Shown here: positions 1 to 7,835 of the stretch, one piece after another | How positions within the stretch are numbered: position 1 is the first letter of the stretch | How the letters are laid out: each line of letters begins with the position of its first letter | Virus genome (UHGV): UHGV-0119765 | Length of the DNA stretch: 26,581 bases | Origin: a virus | Reading direction: 5' to 3' (one strand) | Program-made: the position numbers and the translations under genes | Notes under the pieces: generated by a model | Told to the model about the DNA's origin: nothing | The model's input: the letters and a program-made list of their open reading frames with translations, nothing else | Database searches by the model: none

Positions 1-112
1 CGTTATCAGTGCGAATGGCTGCGAACTGTGCAGGGCGATCTAACGCGGGGTGCGTTCCAAAGGTTTCGTAATCGTGAAAGAGGAAGGTAGGTTGTTTATC
101 TGTGTCTGTCAT
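1..112 (-). CDS. sbcB: Host exodeoxyribonuclease I (SbcB-like), 5' fragment running off the left edge
   Basis: Reverse-strand ATG at 112..110 translates to MTDTDKQPTFLFHDYETFGTHPALDRPAQFAAIRTDN, closely matching the N-terminus of enterobacterial exonuclease I as I remember it. The reading frame continues past position 1. Confidence 0.7.
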   Translation of the reverse strand, partial: MTDTDKQPTFLFHDYETFGTHPALDRPAQFAAIRTDN

Positions 113-293
113 TGTCTAGCATTGTCCACTGTAGTTAATTAACTGTCTGTTATAACTCGAAAAACAACCATTTTTTCACCTGAGTATGTCTACGAACGTC
201 AAATATAGTTGTTTACTGTGCGCTGTTGTCCATGTGATATTGTGTACCAGATGTGTACCAAACCATTATTTTTGAGCGTACCAAATATTATTT

Positions 294-1472
294 ATGGCTA
301 TAAGCGACACAAAACTGCGTACTATTTATGGTAAACCATATTCGGGCCCACAAGAAGTGGCTGATGCAGATGGCCTCAGCGTACGAATTTCACCGAAGGG
401 GGTCATCCAGTTCCAGTACCGCTATCGCTGGCATGGCAAGCCTAATCGCCTTGGGCTTGGTCGATACCCATCCCTGTCTTTGAAGGATGCCAGACAGATC
501 ACTGCTGACTTGCGAAAGCTCTATTTCTCAGGAACGGATCCACGCACCTATTTTGAAGAGAAGGTGGAGAACTCCATGACGGTCGCCCAGTGTCTCGACT
601 ACTGGTTCGACAACTACGTCTCTACAACTCTCAGAGAAAAGACCCAGGCACTTTACCGATCAACGGTTATGAAGCGCATGCATGACGCCTTCCCTAATCG
701 TCCGGCATCTTCTATCACGGTTAAGCAATGGGTTGACCTGCTTACCGAAGAAGAAAAAGATAATCCACGCCGAGCAAGGCAGGTGCTAAGTCAACTAAGA
801 TCAGCAATTAGTTGGTGCATGCGGCGTCAGTTGATAGATAGTTGCGCAATTATGAGCATCCAGCCAAGGGACTTCGGCTCCCGCGCTGAGGTAGGGGATC
901 GGGTACTGTCGTATCACGAACTGGCTAAGATTTGGATTGCTATTGAAAGAAGCCGTGCGTCTACGTCAAATAAGCTCCTTCATCAGATGCTTATGCTGTG
1001 GGGGGCGAGGCTCTCAGAGCTTAGGCTGGCAACAAAGACAGAATTTGACCTGCTGGAAAACGTATGGACCGTACCGAAAGAGCATAGCAAGATGGGTAAT
1101 GTTATCCGCCGTCCAATCTTCGAACAAATTAAGCCTTTCCTCGAAAAGGCCATGACAACGTACAATGATGTTCTTTTCCCTGGAGAAGACATAAACAAAC
1201 CGATCAGCATCGCTGCAGCCAACCGATTCGTAAATAGAATAAGGGGAGGGATGGATATAGGTTACTGGCGAACACATGATTTCAGAAGAACGCTTGTTAC
1301 ACGTCTGTCCGAGATGAATGTCGAGCCTCATGTTACTGAGCGAATGCTCGGTCATGAACTTGGCGGGATAATGTCCGTGTACAATAAACACGATTGGATA
1401 GAGGCTCAGCGCAAAGCGTATGAGCTTCACGCTGATAAATTGTTCTGGCACATCAGGAACATTTCTGGTTAA
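294..1472 (+). CDS. int: Tyrosine recombinase / prophage integrase (P4-like family)
   Basis: 392-aa ORF with ATG at 294. N-terminal arm-binding-type region (GLSVRISPKGVIQFQYRYRWHGK) and C-terminal catalytic signature (HDFRRT box, catalytic Tyr in MSVYNKHDW). Sits at the prophage edge next to the host gene. Confidence 0.9.
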   Translation: MAISDTKLRTIYGKPYSGPQEVADADGLSVRISPKGVIQFQYRYRWHGKPNRLGLGRYPSLSLKDARQITADLRKLYFSGTDPRTYFEEKVENSMTVAQCLDYWFDNYVSTTLREKTQALYRSTVMKRMHDAFPNRPASSITVKQWVDLLTEEEKDNPRRARQVLSQLRSAISWCMRRQLIDSCAIMSIQPRDFGSRAEVGDRVLSYHELAKIWIAIERSRASTSNKLLHQMLMLWGARLSELRLATKTEFDLLENVWTVPKEHSKMGNVIRRPIFEQIKPFLEKAMTTYNDVLFPGEDINKPISIAAANRFVNRIRGGMDIGYWRTHDFRRTLVTRLSEMNVEPHVTERMLGHELGGIMSVYNKHDWIEAQRKAYELHADKLFWHIRNISG

Positions 1473-1644
1473 CGCCACCGTTAAGAATCCACCCTTCAAC
1501 AGCTTCACGAAGGTATGATTTGGGGTGGGTTCTGACTGGCTTCGGAAATCCGTGCCGTTTGGTATAGTTCCAGATTGTCTGACGTGATGAAACACCGAGC
1601 TTGTTCATCACTTCTTTCTCAGGAATCAGGCTGGTATCGGTCAT
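1453..1644 (-). CDS. AlpA/Xis-family excisionase or transcriptional regulator
   Basis: 63-aa ORF (MTDTSLIPEKEVMNKLGVSSRQTIWNYTKRHGFPKPV...) with the AlpA-type HTH pattern. GGAG RBS 8 nt upstream of the ATG at 1644. Its 3' end overlaps the int 3' end by 20 nt (convergent). Confidence 0.75.
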   Translation of the reverse strand: MTDTSLIPEKEVMNKLGVSSRQTIWNYTKRHGFPKPVRTHPKSYLREAVEGWILNGGVNQKCS

Positions 1645-1674
1645 CTTAATTCTCCAGGCAAAAAGAAACCGCCA

Positions 1675-1842
1675 TCAGGCGGCTTGGTGTTCTTTCATTT
1701 CTTCAATTCGAATATTGGTTACGTCTGCATGTGCTATCTGCGCCCATATCATCCAGTGGTCATAGCAGTCGTTGATGTTCTCGGCTTCGATAACTCTGTT
1801 GAATGGTTCTCCATTCCATTCACCTGTAACTCGGAAGTGCAT
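1675..1842 (-). CDS. Hypothetical small protein (55 aa)
   Basis: Not in the ORF track (<60 aa). Reverse-strand ATG at 1842 is preceded by GGAGAT; translates to MHFRVTGEWNGEPFNRVIEAENINDCYDHWMIWAQIAHADVTNIRIEEMKEHQAA. Stop at 1677..1675 lies inside a hairpin followed by a U-rich tract. Confidence 0.45.
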   Translation of the reverse strand: MHFRVTGEWNGEPFNRVIEAENINDCYDHWMIWAQIAHADVTNIRIEEMKEHQAA

Positions 1843-1942
1843 TTATCATCTCCATAAAACAAAACTCGCCGTAGCGAGTTCAGATAAAAGAAATCCCCGC
1901 GAGTGCGAGGATTGTTATTCACCTTTAACGGCAAGTTGCAGG

Positions 1943-2227
1943 TTAGCCACGACCTTCCTCCTTTGGCTTGTGAATTTGTATCGTCATGCCGCTTTGAGTG
2001 GTGACTACAATGACAGAACCAGGCTGAAGGCTGTTAAGATTGAATGCTTCGTAAAACGAATCCAATGCCAGTGCTTTTTTATTCTTTCGGTTCCACCAAC
2101 GCCATCCCTTGCTACAGGCTACACTGACAATCCACTGTCCACTCCTGTAAGCCATATAAAACCAGATGAGCAAAACCTGAAGGAATGCTATCCAGTCAAT
2201 AATCGTATATTTCGCGAAGGAGTCCAT
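1943..2227 (-). CDS. Hypothetical small membrane protein (94 aa)
   Basis: ATG at 2227 overlaps the upstream stop (TGATG). Hydrophobic N-terminal segment IIDWIAFLQVLLIWFYMAY. The track ORF begins one codon earlier with GTG. Confidence 0.5.
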   Translation of the reverse strand: MDSFAKYTIIDWIAFLQVLLIWFYMAYRSGQWIVSVACSKGWRWWNRKNKKALALDSFYEAFNLNSLQPGSVIVVTTQSGMTIQIHKPKEEGRG

Positions 2228-2982
2228 CACTTCACCTCCTGCGGCGGCTCCGGTAGCAGCATCCAGTGGGTTACACCGCCAATTGGCTCATCGTCGTCGT
2301 ACTCCAATGCGGCTATATAGAACCCGTCACGACGAGAATAAGAAATCCCTGACATTACAATGCCATCCGAAACAACAATAATGTCACCCGTTTCTTCCGG
2401 CATTCGCTCACTACAGCTTATCCAACCATCCGGATTTACCGGAGTTGGTCCATCGAATTCGGGCATGTCAGGACCTTTTCTGATAGCTTTAGCCACCTCC
2501 AGCGGGTCATCGTAAAGCCAGTCGCCAGTTTGTGGGTGATTTGCTTCTGCAAGCTGCGCAGCCCATTCAAGACCATCTTTTTGACCTTGGAGATAATCAA
2601 GCGGCAACTCTTCATGATTACTTGCAGGTTCGGCACTATGAAGCATGGCAGCGCGGCAGGCGTTCCAGCCTCTTACCTCTGCAATAGCGGCAACCGCATC
2701 AACCGCGTACATGCTAAGAGGATTAGGAATTGGTTTTTCTTCCGGTACTACTGGCGCTGGAGGGGTGGCGTAGAGTGGAACTCCTCCCCCTCCACCAGAA
2801 AATTCATTGCGAGCGTTATACTCACGACCATCTGCGTCATCACGCATCCACGCCACCGGCTCTGCTTCCAGCGATGCCAGAGCAATTTCATAAGCACGGC
2901 GCTCAATATTGTCTCGCACGTCCAGGCTGCCGATTCGCTCTTTGATTTCTTTAATCAGTTCTTTGTCGGTAAAAGTGGTCAT
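2227..2982 (-). CDS. DUF551-domain phage protein
   Basis: 251-aa ORF, ATG at 2982 with AGGAG RBS. C-terminal region (WISCSERMPEETGDIIVVSDG...THWMLLPEPP) is typical of the DUF551 family of enterobacterial prophages. Confidence 0.75.
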   Translation of the reverse strand: MTTFTDKELIKEIKERIGSLDVRDNIERRAYEIALASLEAEPVAWMRDDADGREYNARNEFSGGGGGVPLYATPPAPVVPEEKPIPNPLSMYAVDAVAAIAEVRGWNACRAAMLHSAEPASNHEELPLDYLQGQKDGLEWAAQLAEANHPQTGDWLYDDPLEVAKAIRKGPDMPEFDGPTPVNPDGWISCSERMPEETGDIIVVSDGIVMSGISYSRRDGFYIAALEYDDDEPIGGVTHWMLLPEPPQEVK

Positions 2983-2983
2983 G

Positions 2984-3802
2984 TCACTCTCCTTTGATGC
3001 GAATGCCAGCGTCAGACATCATATGCAGATACTCAACTGCATCCTGAACCCATTGACCGCCAATCCCGTAATAGCGATGCGTAATGATGTCGATAGTTAC
3101 TAACGGGTCTTGTTCGATTAACTTCCGCAGAAACTCTTCCAGGTCACCAGTGCAGTGCTTGATGACAGGAGTTTTCCCAGGATGGCGAACAACAAGAAAC
3201 TGATTTCCGACTTCACGGACTTCGTTGCTTTTCAGTTCTGCAATGCGCTTCTCTGAGGCTTCCAGCTTCTCTCGCATATCGTCAACGTACTCGACCAGAG
3301 AACCGCCAGCAGGAATTTCGCACTCCTCGACCAGTTGGAAGTAGATATCAGCTGCGGCCCGTGTGTTGCTATGCCTAGCGTCGCCCATCTCACCTTCACG
3401 AAGAGCATCGCGTTCGGCGGTAAGATTGGCTATTTTGCTGTCTTTGCCTTCCAGCTCAACGCGCAGCTTCCCTACCGTTAGCGCAATATCCTCGTTCTCC
3501 TGGTCGCGGCGTTTGATGTATTGCTGGTTTCTTTCCCGTTCATCCAGTAATGCCAAGACGGTAGCCGGATTAGCTGCGGCGATGAATTCAGCATTGGCCT
3601 GCTGTTCCATTTGGAAATCTTCATCGAAACCGCTTTCAGGATGCGCTCCTTCAATTCTGCAAATGGGAAGATATCCAACAACGTCACGATGAATTAGCGC
3701 ATCATCACAATCAAATCGGCTCTCTCCATATTCGAGCGACCATACACCACACGTTGCTTTTTCTGCCTTGGCACGCAGTGCCTGATAGTCAATCTTGCTC
3801 AC
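2984..3802 (-). CDS. Ea22-like early protein
   Basis: 272-aa ORF with a GTG start at 3802 preceded by AGGAGGcaacca. Coiled-coil-rich middle and conserved termini resemble the Ead/Ea22 family of the lambdoid b2/early-left region. Confidence 0.75.
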   Translation of the reverse strand: MSKIDYQALRAKAEKATCGVWSLEYGESRFDCDDALIHRDVVGYLPICRIEGAHPESGFDEDFQMEQQANAEFIAAANPATVLALLDERERNQQYIKRRDQENEDIALTVGKLRVELEGKDSKIANLTAERDALREGEMGDARHSNTRAAADIYFQLVEECEIPAGGSLVEYVDDMREKLEASEKRIAELKSNEVREVGNQFLVVRHPGKTPVIKHCTGDLEEFLRKLIEQDPLVTIDIITHRYYGIGGQWVQDAVEYLHMMSDAGIRIKGE

Positions 3803-4043
3803 TGGTTGCCTCCTGCTTTTCTGCCTTCAACACCATGCGAGAACCATCATCCAGCTCCCACGCGATCTCACCACCTTCAGCCATGACCAGTCGCCACACC
3901 AATTGAGCAGCCTCATTGGTAACATCACGACCTGGATCATTGCCAACGCGCATACGTCCACCTTCAACATCGCGCATTTTTGCCAGCATGATAGTTTTTG
4001 ATAGCGGTGAAAAACCAAGCTGTAGTCGTGCTGAATTACTCAC
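3789..4043 (-). CDS. Hypothetical protein (84 aa)
   Basis: GTG start at 4043 overlapping the upstream stop (GTGA), preceded by AGGAGGcaacca. The track ORF (3789..4064) extends further 5' with no RBS. Confidence 0.5.
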   Translation of the reverse strand: MSNSARLQLGFSPLSKTIMLAKMRDVEGGRMRVGNDPGRDVTNEAAQLVWRLVMAEGGEIAWELDDGSRMVLKAEKQEATSEQD

Positions 4044-4207
4044 TGGTTGCCTCCTTTGCGCCACGTCGCATTCAGATATCTGTTGTCGTTAACAGAACCG
4101 AAACTCTTTCTCTTAAGCAATTCCTCTCTCGATGGCATTGGCTTTACGCGTTGGCGAATAATCATTTCTGCCGGAAGAATGCCGGGATTGTATGCAAGTC
4201 CTCTCAT
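4040..4207 (-). CDS. Hypothetical small protein (55 aa)
   Basis: ATG at 4207 preceded by GAGGAA 6 nt upstream ([34 protein letters not shown]...). The longer track ORF would overlap the upstream gene by more than 140 nt. Confidence 0.4.
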   Translation of the reverse strand: MRGLAYNPGILPAEMIIRQRVKPMPSREELLKRKSFGSVNDNRYLNATWRKGGNQ

Positions 4208-4217
4208 GGTAAATTCC

Positions 4218-4514
4218 TCAGTCATTACTGATAGCGCCATAGCGTGAGCGGTAATTACGCAGGCGCGGGTCGATATATTCAGGGAAGTTGGTATATGTGG
4301 CTTTGCGGAATGGTCGGATTGATGTCTGGTAAATTCGCTCGCGTTCTTCTTTCTCTGCAAGCCATATACAATGGCGAAATTCCTTTTCCTCTTTCGTTTC
4401 CTGCGGTAGCGACATTATCCGGTCGTAGTTTTTCCTGAATTTATCCAGCACCTCCGATACGGAATTGCCGGAACAGCGGCGCGGGTCATCCGCACCATAC
4501 TGAGGCGCTGGCAT
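4218..4514 (-). CDS. Hypothetical protein (98 aa)
   Basis: ATG at 4514 with AGGAG RBS. No recognisable domain. Confidence 0.6.
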   Translation of the reverse strand: MPAPQYGADDPRRCSGNSVSEVLDKFRKNYDRIMSLPQETKEEKEFRHCIWLAEKEERERIYQTSIRPFRKATYTNFPEYIDPRLRNYRSRYGAISND

Positions 4515-4527
4515 GATTTTCTCCTGA

Positions 4528-5034
4528 TTAAATTGCGTGAATAGCGTGACGAGGGAAGGGGAGAGTTACTGGTGCAAAGGGTATATCGTCGTCAAAATCC
4601 ATCGGAGGTTCGTTGTGTTGTGCTGGTGATGATTGCTGCTGTGGCTTCTGTGATTGCCTGCTGGCTGCTTGTTGTTTGCTGTCGCCAATGCTGCCAAGCA
4701 TTTGCATCACGCCATTAATTCCGACATGAACCTCGGTTGTGTAACGGTCTTGCCCTGACTGGTCTTTCCACTTTCTGGTTCTCAGCATTCCCTCGAAATA
4801 AATCTGATCACCTTTTTTCACATACTGCCCCACGACCTCAGCCAGTTTCCCGGATACAGCAACACGATGCCATTCAGTCAATTCCTTTTGCTCGCCAGTA
4901 TTTTTATCTCGCCATTGTTCTGACGTGGCTATTGTCAGGTTAGCGAACGCTGTTCCTGATGGTGAGTATCGAACTTCCGGGTCTTGTCCTACCCGACCAA
5001 GGATAATCACCTTATTTACGCCTCTGCTTGCCAT
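4528..5034 (-). CDS. ssb: Single-stranded DNA-binding protein
   Basis: 168 aa. OB-fold N-terminus ([36 protein letters not shown]), Gln/Pro-rich linker and acidic C-terminal tail DFDDDIPF, the hallmark of bacterial and phage SSB. Confidence 0.95.
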   Translation of the reverse strand: MASRGVNKVIILGRVGQDPEVRYSPSGTAFANLTIATSEQWRDKNTGEQKELTEWHRVAVSGKLAEVVGQYVKKGDQIYFEGMLRTRKWKDQSGQDRYTTEVHVGINGVMQMLGSIGDSKQQAASRQSQKPQQQSSPAQHNEPPMDFDDDIPFAPVTLPFPRHAIHAI

Positions 5035-5742
5035 CTATGCCGCCTGTTTTAGTTCGTTAACTCTGATGTTCATTACCTGAACGCATTTAGCCTGCGCCTC
5101 CTCGTTGCCAGCCATTAATTGCCAGTCACGCTGATAACGCTCGATGAGTTTTTTCTTGTCAGTTTCTGTTGACGCATAATCGCTGAAGTCTTTCAGGATT
5201 TGTTCGCAGTCAACCGATGGAGATTTCTGGTTGGTATTTTCTGGTGATGGTTTGTTATCTGATGCTGGGATTGCCCATCCCGGCAGCGATGGAGGGGACC
5301 AGTAAAATCCTGTTCCATCCTTCAGTTTTGCCCTGTGCCACCCCTGCTTTTTATCGAGAGATGTTTGTGCGAAACCTTCCTCAAGGTTATACAGATACCG
5401 ACCGATTCCCCACTGAACGGCAGCGCGCTTCATTGCACCGGAACGACCACCTTTGACGGCTTCTACCTGCGTGTTTTCAGCAGCATCCCATTTGGTTACC
5501 CATTCGGAATCAATCTTTATTGATATGCCGCATTCAACTCCGCCGTTGTTGGGAATATCGCGGTATTCATTGCGCCATCCTGCTTTGCCACAAACATCGT
5601 CCAGGCGTTTCATGATTGCCCTGTTCGTTACATAAGCCAGCACCATAGCCCATACCTTGCCATCGCGTGTTTTACCGCTTTGCTGTATTCGCCATTCGAT
5701 ATCTTCAGGGCAGAATGGCTCATCGAATTTGTTCAAATCCAT
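5035..5742 (-). CDS. Rad52/Sak-like single-strand annealing protein
   Basis: 235 aa. Directly upstream of and abutting ssb. N-terminal region (GKTRDGKVWAMVLAYVTNRAIMKRLDDVCGKAGWRNEY...VQWGIGRYLYNL) resembles the phage Rad52-family annealing proteins. AGGTGA RBS. Confidence 0.75.
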   Translation of the reverse strand: MDLNKFDEPFCPEDIEWRIQQSGKTRDGKVWAMVLAYVTNRAIMKRLDDVCGKAGWRNEYRDIPNNGGVECGISIKIDSEWVTKWDAAENTQVEAVKGGRSGAMKRAAVQWGIGRYLYNLEEGFAQTSLDKKQGWHRAKLKDGTGFYWSPPSLPGWAIPASDNKPSPENTNQKSPSVDCEQILKDFSDYASTETDKKKLIERYQRDWQLMAGNEEAQAKCVQVMNIRVNELKQAA

Positions 5743-5841
5743 AATTCACCTCAGAATGGACACGGCCCAAGGAAATAACGCTGATTTAATACTTCGACTC
5801 GGGACAAATTAAGGCATACCCGCATTCCTTCGCGGTCGCCA

Positions 5842-6000
5842 TTATGGCGATACCAGAGAGCTTTCTGCGTGTACATGCGTCTCTGTAACTTGCTCTCCTT
5901 CACTGTGGTTGCAAGTGACATGAATATCTCCTTCGTTGCCGATTAATTCTTTTATCTGACGAATGAATTCTTCGTCTGACCAGTTATCCGTAAAACTCAT
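5842..6000 (-). CDS. Hypothetical small protein (52 aa)
   Basis: ATG at 6000 overlaps the upstream stop (ATGA coupling); MSFTDNWSDEEFIRQIKELIGNEGD... The track ORF starts 10 codons earlier. Confidence 0.4.
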   Translation of the reverse strand: MSFTDNWSDEEFIRQIKELIGNEGDIHVTCNHSEGEQVTETHVHAESSLVSP

Positions 6001-6167
6001 GGACGGCCTTGTTGTTTCAAAATATCCCAAAGCTTTTCGAGCAAACTTTTCATTCTTGGTTGTTTAAAGTCTGCTCCGGTTAAAATATTTTTTCGTGAAT
6101 GCTGTACCGATAAAATCGGGTTGAAAGGGCGAACCGATGCCGCCCCTGCAATAGCGAACTGTTGCAT
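5997..6167 (-). CDS. cIII: cIII-like small regulator (56 aa)
   Basis: ATG at 6167 with a strong AGGAG RBS. MQQFAIAG...KLWDILKQ resembles lambda CIII (MQYAIAG...RLIDILNQ) in sequence and in its position in the leftward early operon. Similarity is partial. Confidence 0.5.
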   Translation of the reverse strand: MQQFAIAGAASVRPFNPILSVQHSRKNILTGADFKQPRMKSLLEKLWDILKQQGRP

Positions 6168-6350
6168 AGGATGCTCCTTCTGTTTGATTGCATAACGAAA
6201 ACGCCTCGAGTGAAGCGTTATTGGTATGCATATAAAAAGGCCCCCACATCGGAGGGCAAAGAAGATTTCCAATAATCAGAACAAGTCGGCTCCTGTTTAG
6301 TTACGAGCGACATTGCTCACATAGCAGACTCGTAAATCTGCTATAGGCGC

Positions 6351-6509
6351 TTATTCGCATCGCATGACAACATCAAATTTTTCGAGATTACTTTGTCGCA
6401 ACAATCCTTCTTCTACTCGGTCAGCTTTTCTATAATTATCAAATTCGAAATGTTTAATTACTTCTTTTGTTTCTCGCTCTATAACTTCAACGATGTATCT
6501 CTTATTCAT
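6351..6509 (-). CDS. Hypothetical small protein (52 aa)
   Basis: Not in the ORF track. ATG at 6509 overlaps the upstream stop (TAATG) and follows AGGTGA; MNKRYIVEVIERETKEVIKHFEFDNYRKADRVEEGLLRQSNLEKFDVVMRCE. AT-rich. Confidence 0.45.
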   Translation of the reverse strand: MNKRYIVEVIERETKEVIKHFEFDNYRKADRVEEGLLRQSNLEKFDVVMRCE

Positions 6510-6778
6510 TACTCATCACCTAGGGCTTTTTTGATAGCTTCGCGAGCCTTATTAACAGCTCCATACCATTCTGGATATGTTGTCGTTGTTCTATTTTCGG
6601 CTTGCTTAAGTAATAACTGAAGTGCTTCAAGTAAATCCGGTGCAGCCATAGCCAACCTTCCATTTGCTACGGCCTCTTCTGTTTCTTTACCGGATAGGGC
6701 CATTCCCGGGTGTGAAAATAAAATTAAGCCTGCAAAATTGGCTTCTCGCCAATTTTTCCTAGTACCTTTAAATTCCAT
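6509..6778 (-). CDS. Hypothetical protein (89 aa)
   Basis: ATG at 6778 preceded by GAGG. The track ORF's GTG at 6814 sits immediately after the upstream stop with no RBS, so the ATG is preferred. Confidence 0.5.
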   Translation of the reverse strand: MEFKGTRKNWREANFAGLILFSHPGMALSGKETEEAVANGRLAMAAPDLLEALQLLLKQAENRTTTTYPEWYGAVNKAREAIKKALGDE

Positions 6779-6816
6779 GTTAGCCTCTGTTGTTATGCCA
6801 AAAATAAAGGCCACCG

Positions 6817-7017
6817 TCAGGCAGCCTTGTTATTCTGTTTACCAAGTTCTCTGGCAATCATTGCCGTAGTTCGTATTGCCCATTTATCGACATACTTCCC
6901 ATCCTCCATTACAGGAAGCATTTCTTCAGGCTTAACCATGCATTCCGATTGCAGTTTGCATCCATTGCATCGCTTGAATTGTCCACACCATTGATTTTTA
7001 TCAATAGTCGTAGTCAT
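6817..7017 (-). CDS. Hypothetical small Cys-rich protein (66 aa)
   Basis: ATG at 7017 with AGGA upstream. Four cysteines in a C-x5-C-x2-C-x5-C arrangement (CGQFKRCNGCKLQSEC) suggest a small zinc-binding protein. Confidence 0.55.
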   Translation of the reverse strand: MTTTIDKNQWCGQFKRCNGCKLQSECMVKPEEMLPVMEDGKYVDKWAIRTTAMIARELGKQNNKAA

Positions 7018-7095
7018 AAGGATAGTCCTGGTATTGCTCCATCACATCCTGCGGATGCTCTTCGAACTCTTCAAATTCTTCTTCCATATCTCACC

Positions 7096-7422
7096 TCAAA
7101 TAAGTGGTTTGCTGCCTAATTTCATTTTCTGGCGACCAACACAAGTCACACCCATTTCACTGCGTGGCTTGCTGTACCATGTGCGCTGATTCTTGCGCTC
7201 AATACGTTGCAGGTTGCTTTCAATCTGTTCGTGGTATTCAGCCAGCACCGTAAGGTCTATCGGATTCAGTGCGCTTTCTACTCGTGATTTCGGTTTGCGA
7301 TTCAGCGAGAGAATAGGGCGGTTAACTGGTTTTGCGCTTACCCCAACCAACAGGGGATTTGCTGCTTTCCATTGAGCCTGTTTCTCTGCGCGACGTTCGC
7401 GGCGGCGTGTTTGTGCATCCAT
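7096..7422 (-). CDS. N: Antitermination protein N (lambda type)
   Basis: 108-aa ORF beginning MDAQTRRRERRAEKQAQWKAANPLLVG, the arginine-rich boxB-binding motif of lambda N. Near-identical to lambda N over most of its length as I remember it. Confidence 0.95.
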   Translation of the reverse strand: MDAQTRRRERRAEKQAQWKAANPLLVGVSAKPVNRPILSLNRKPKSRVESALNPIDLTVLAEYHEQIESNLQRIERKNQRTWYSKPRSEMGVTCVGRQKMKLGSKPLI

Positions 7423-7620
7423 CTGGATTCTCCTGTCAGTTAGCTTTGGTGATTGGATGGCCGGCGCTGAACCCCGGCTTACTGGTTAGAGCGCCCGCAC
7501 TACCAGTGACGCTGTCTTGAGGCGCAGATTGGTTACTGCTTGCCATGAGCGCTGTTTATACATTGGTCGAGCATCAGCCTGCTCATTCATCCAATCCCAA
7601 AGCCTTCTGCTTTGAATGCT

Positions 7621-7651
7621 GCCCTTCTTCAGGGCTAAATTTTTAAGAGCC
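7621..7651 (-). promoter_or_regulatory. nutL site (boxA-like plus boxB hairpin)
   Basis: Reverse complement reads GCTCTTAAAAATTTAGCCCTGAAGAAGGGCA: a boxA-like element and the canonical lambda nutL boxB stem-loop GCCCTGAAGAAGGGC. Lies about 35 nt downstream of the proposed pL start and 200 nt upstream of N. Confidence 0.8.
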
Positions 7652-7690
7652 TCACCTTCAATGGTGGTCAGTGCGTCCTGCTGATGGCTA

Positions 7691-7720
7691 AATAGTACGA
7701 TTTGTACTTTATCGAGTCAA
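7691..7720 (-). promoter_or_regulatory. pL-like early-left promoter with overlapping operator palindrome
   Basis: On the minus strand: -35 TTGACT, 17-nt spacer, -10 TACTAT. An AGTAC-N5-GTACT palindrome overlaps the spacer and -10, as expected for an OL operator. Confidence 0.6.
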
Positions 7721-7783
7721 TACAAAATGTTCTAAATATAATTAGTTTTTTATAACGCTTTGTATTTAATGGGTTTATATTTT

Positions 7784-7813
7784 GGAAAAAGAAAACCCGG
7801 CGCTGAGGCCGGG
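7784..7813 (-). terminator. Rho-independent terminator ending the cI / membrane-protein transcript
   Basis: Stem CCCGGC / GCCGGG with a 6-nt loop, followed on the minus strand by UUUUCUUUUUCC. Positioned between the 7836 stop and pL, like lambda's terminator after rexB. Confidence 0.7.
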
Positions 7814-7835
7814 CTTTTAGGGCGGGTTGATGCTC

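Noticed and set aside
113-293. Looked for a tRNA or tmRNA 3' end as the integration target at the prophage boundary
   Set aside because: No cloverleaf-compatible sequence or CCA-proximal acceptor stem was recognisable by eye. The junction abuts the sbcB start instead. A formal tRNA scan is still advisable.
1014-1595. 193-aa minus-strand ORF
   Set aside because: Entirely antisense to the well-supported integrase gene; no RBS and no recognisable domain.
1772-2320. 182-aa plus-strand ORF
   Set aside because: Antisense to the leftward operon genes (1675-2227 region), opposite to the operon direction, and Cys/Ser-rich low-complexity translation.
2530-2997. 155-aa plus-strand ORF
   Set aside because: Antisense to the DUF551 gene, which has an AGGAG RBS and family similarity.
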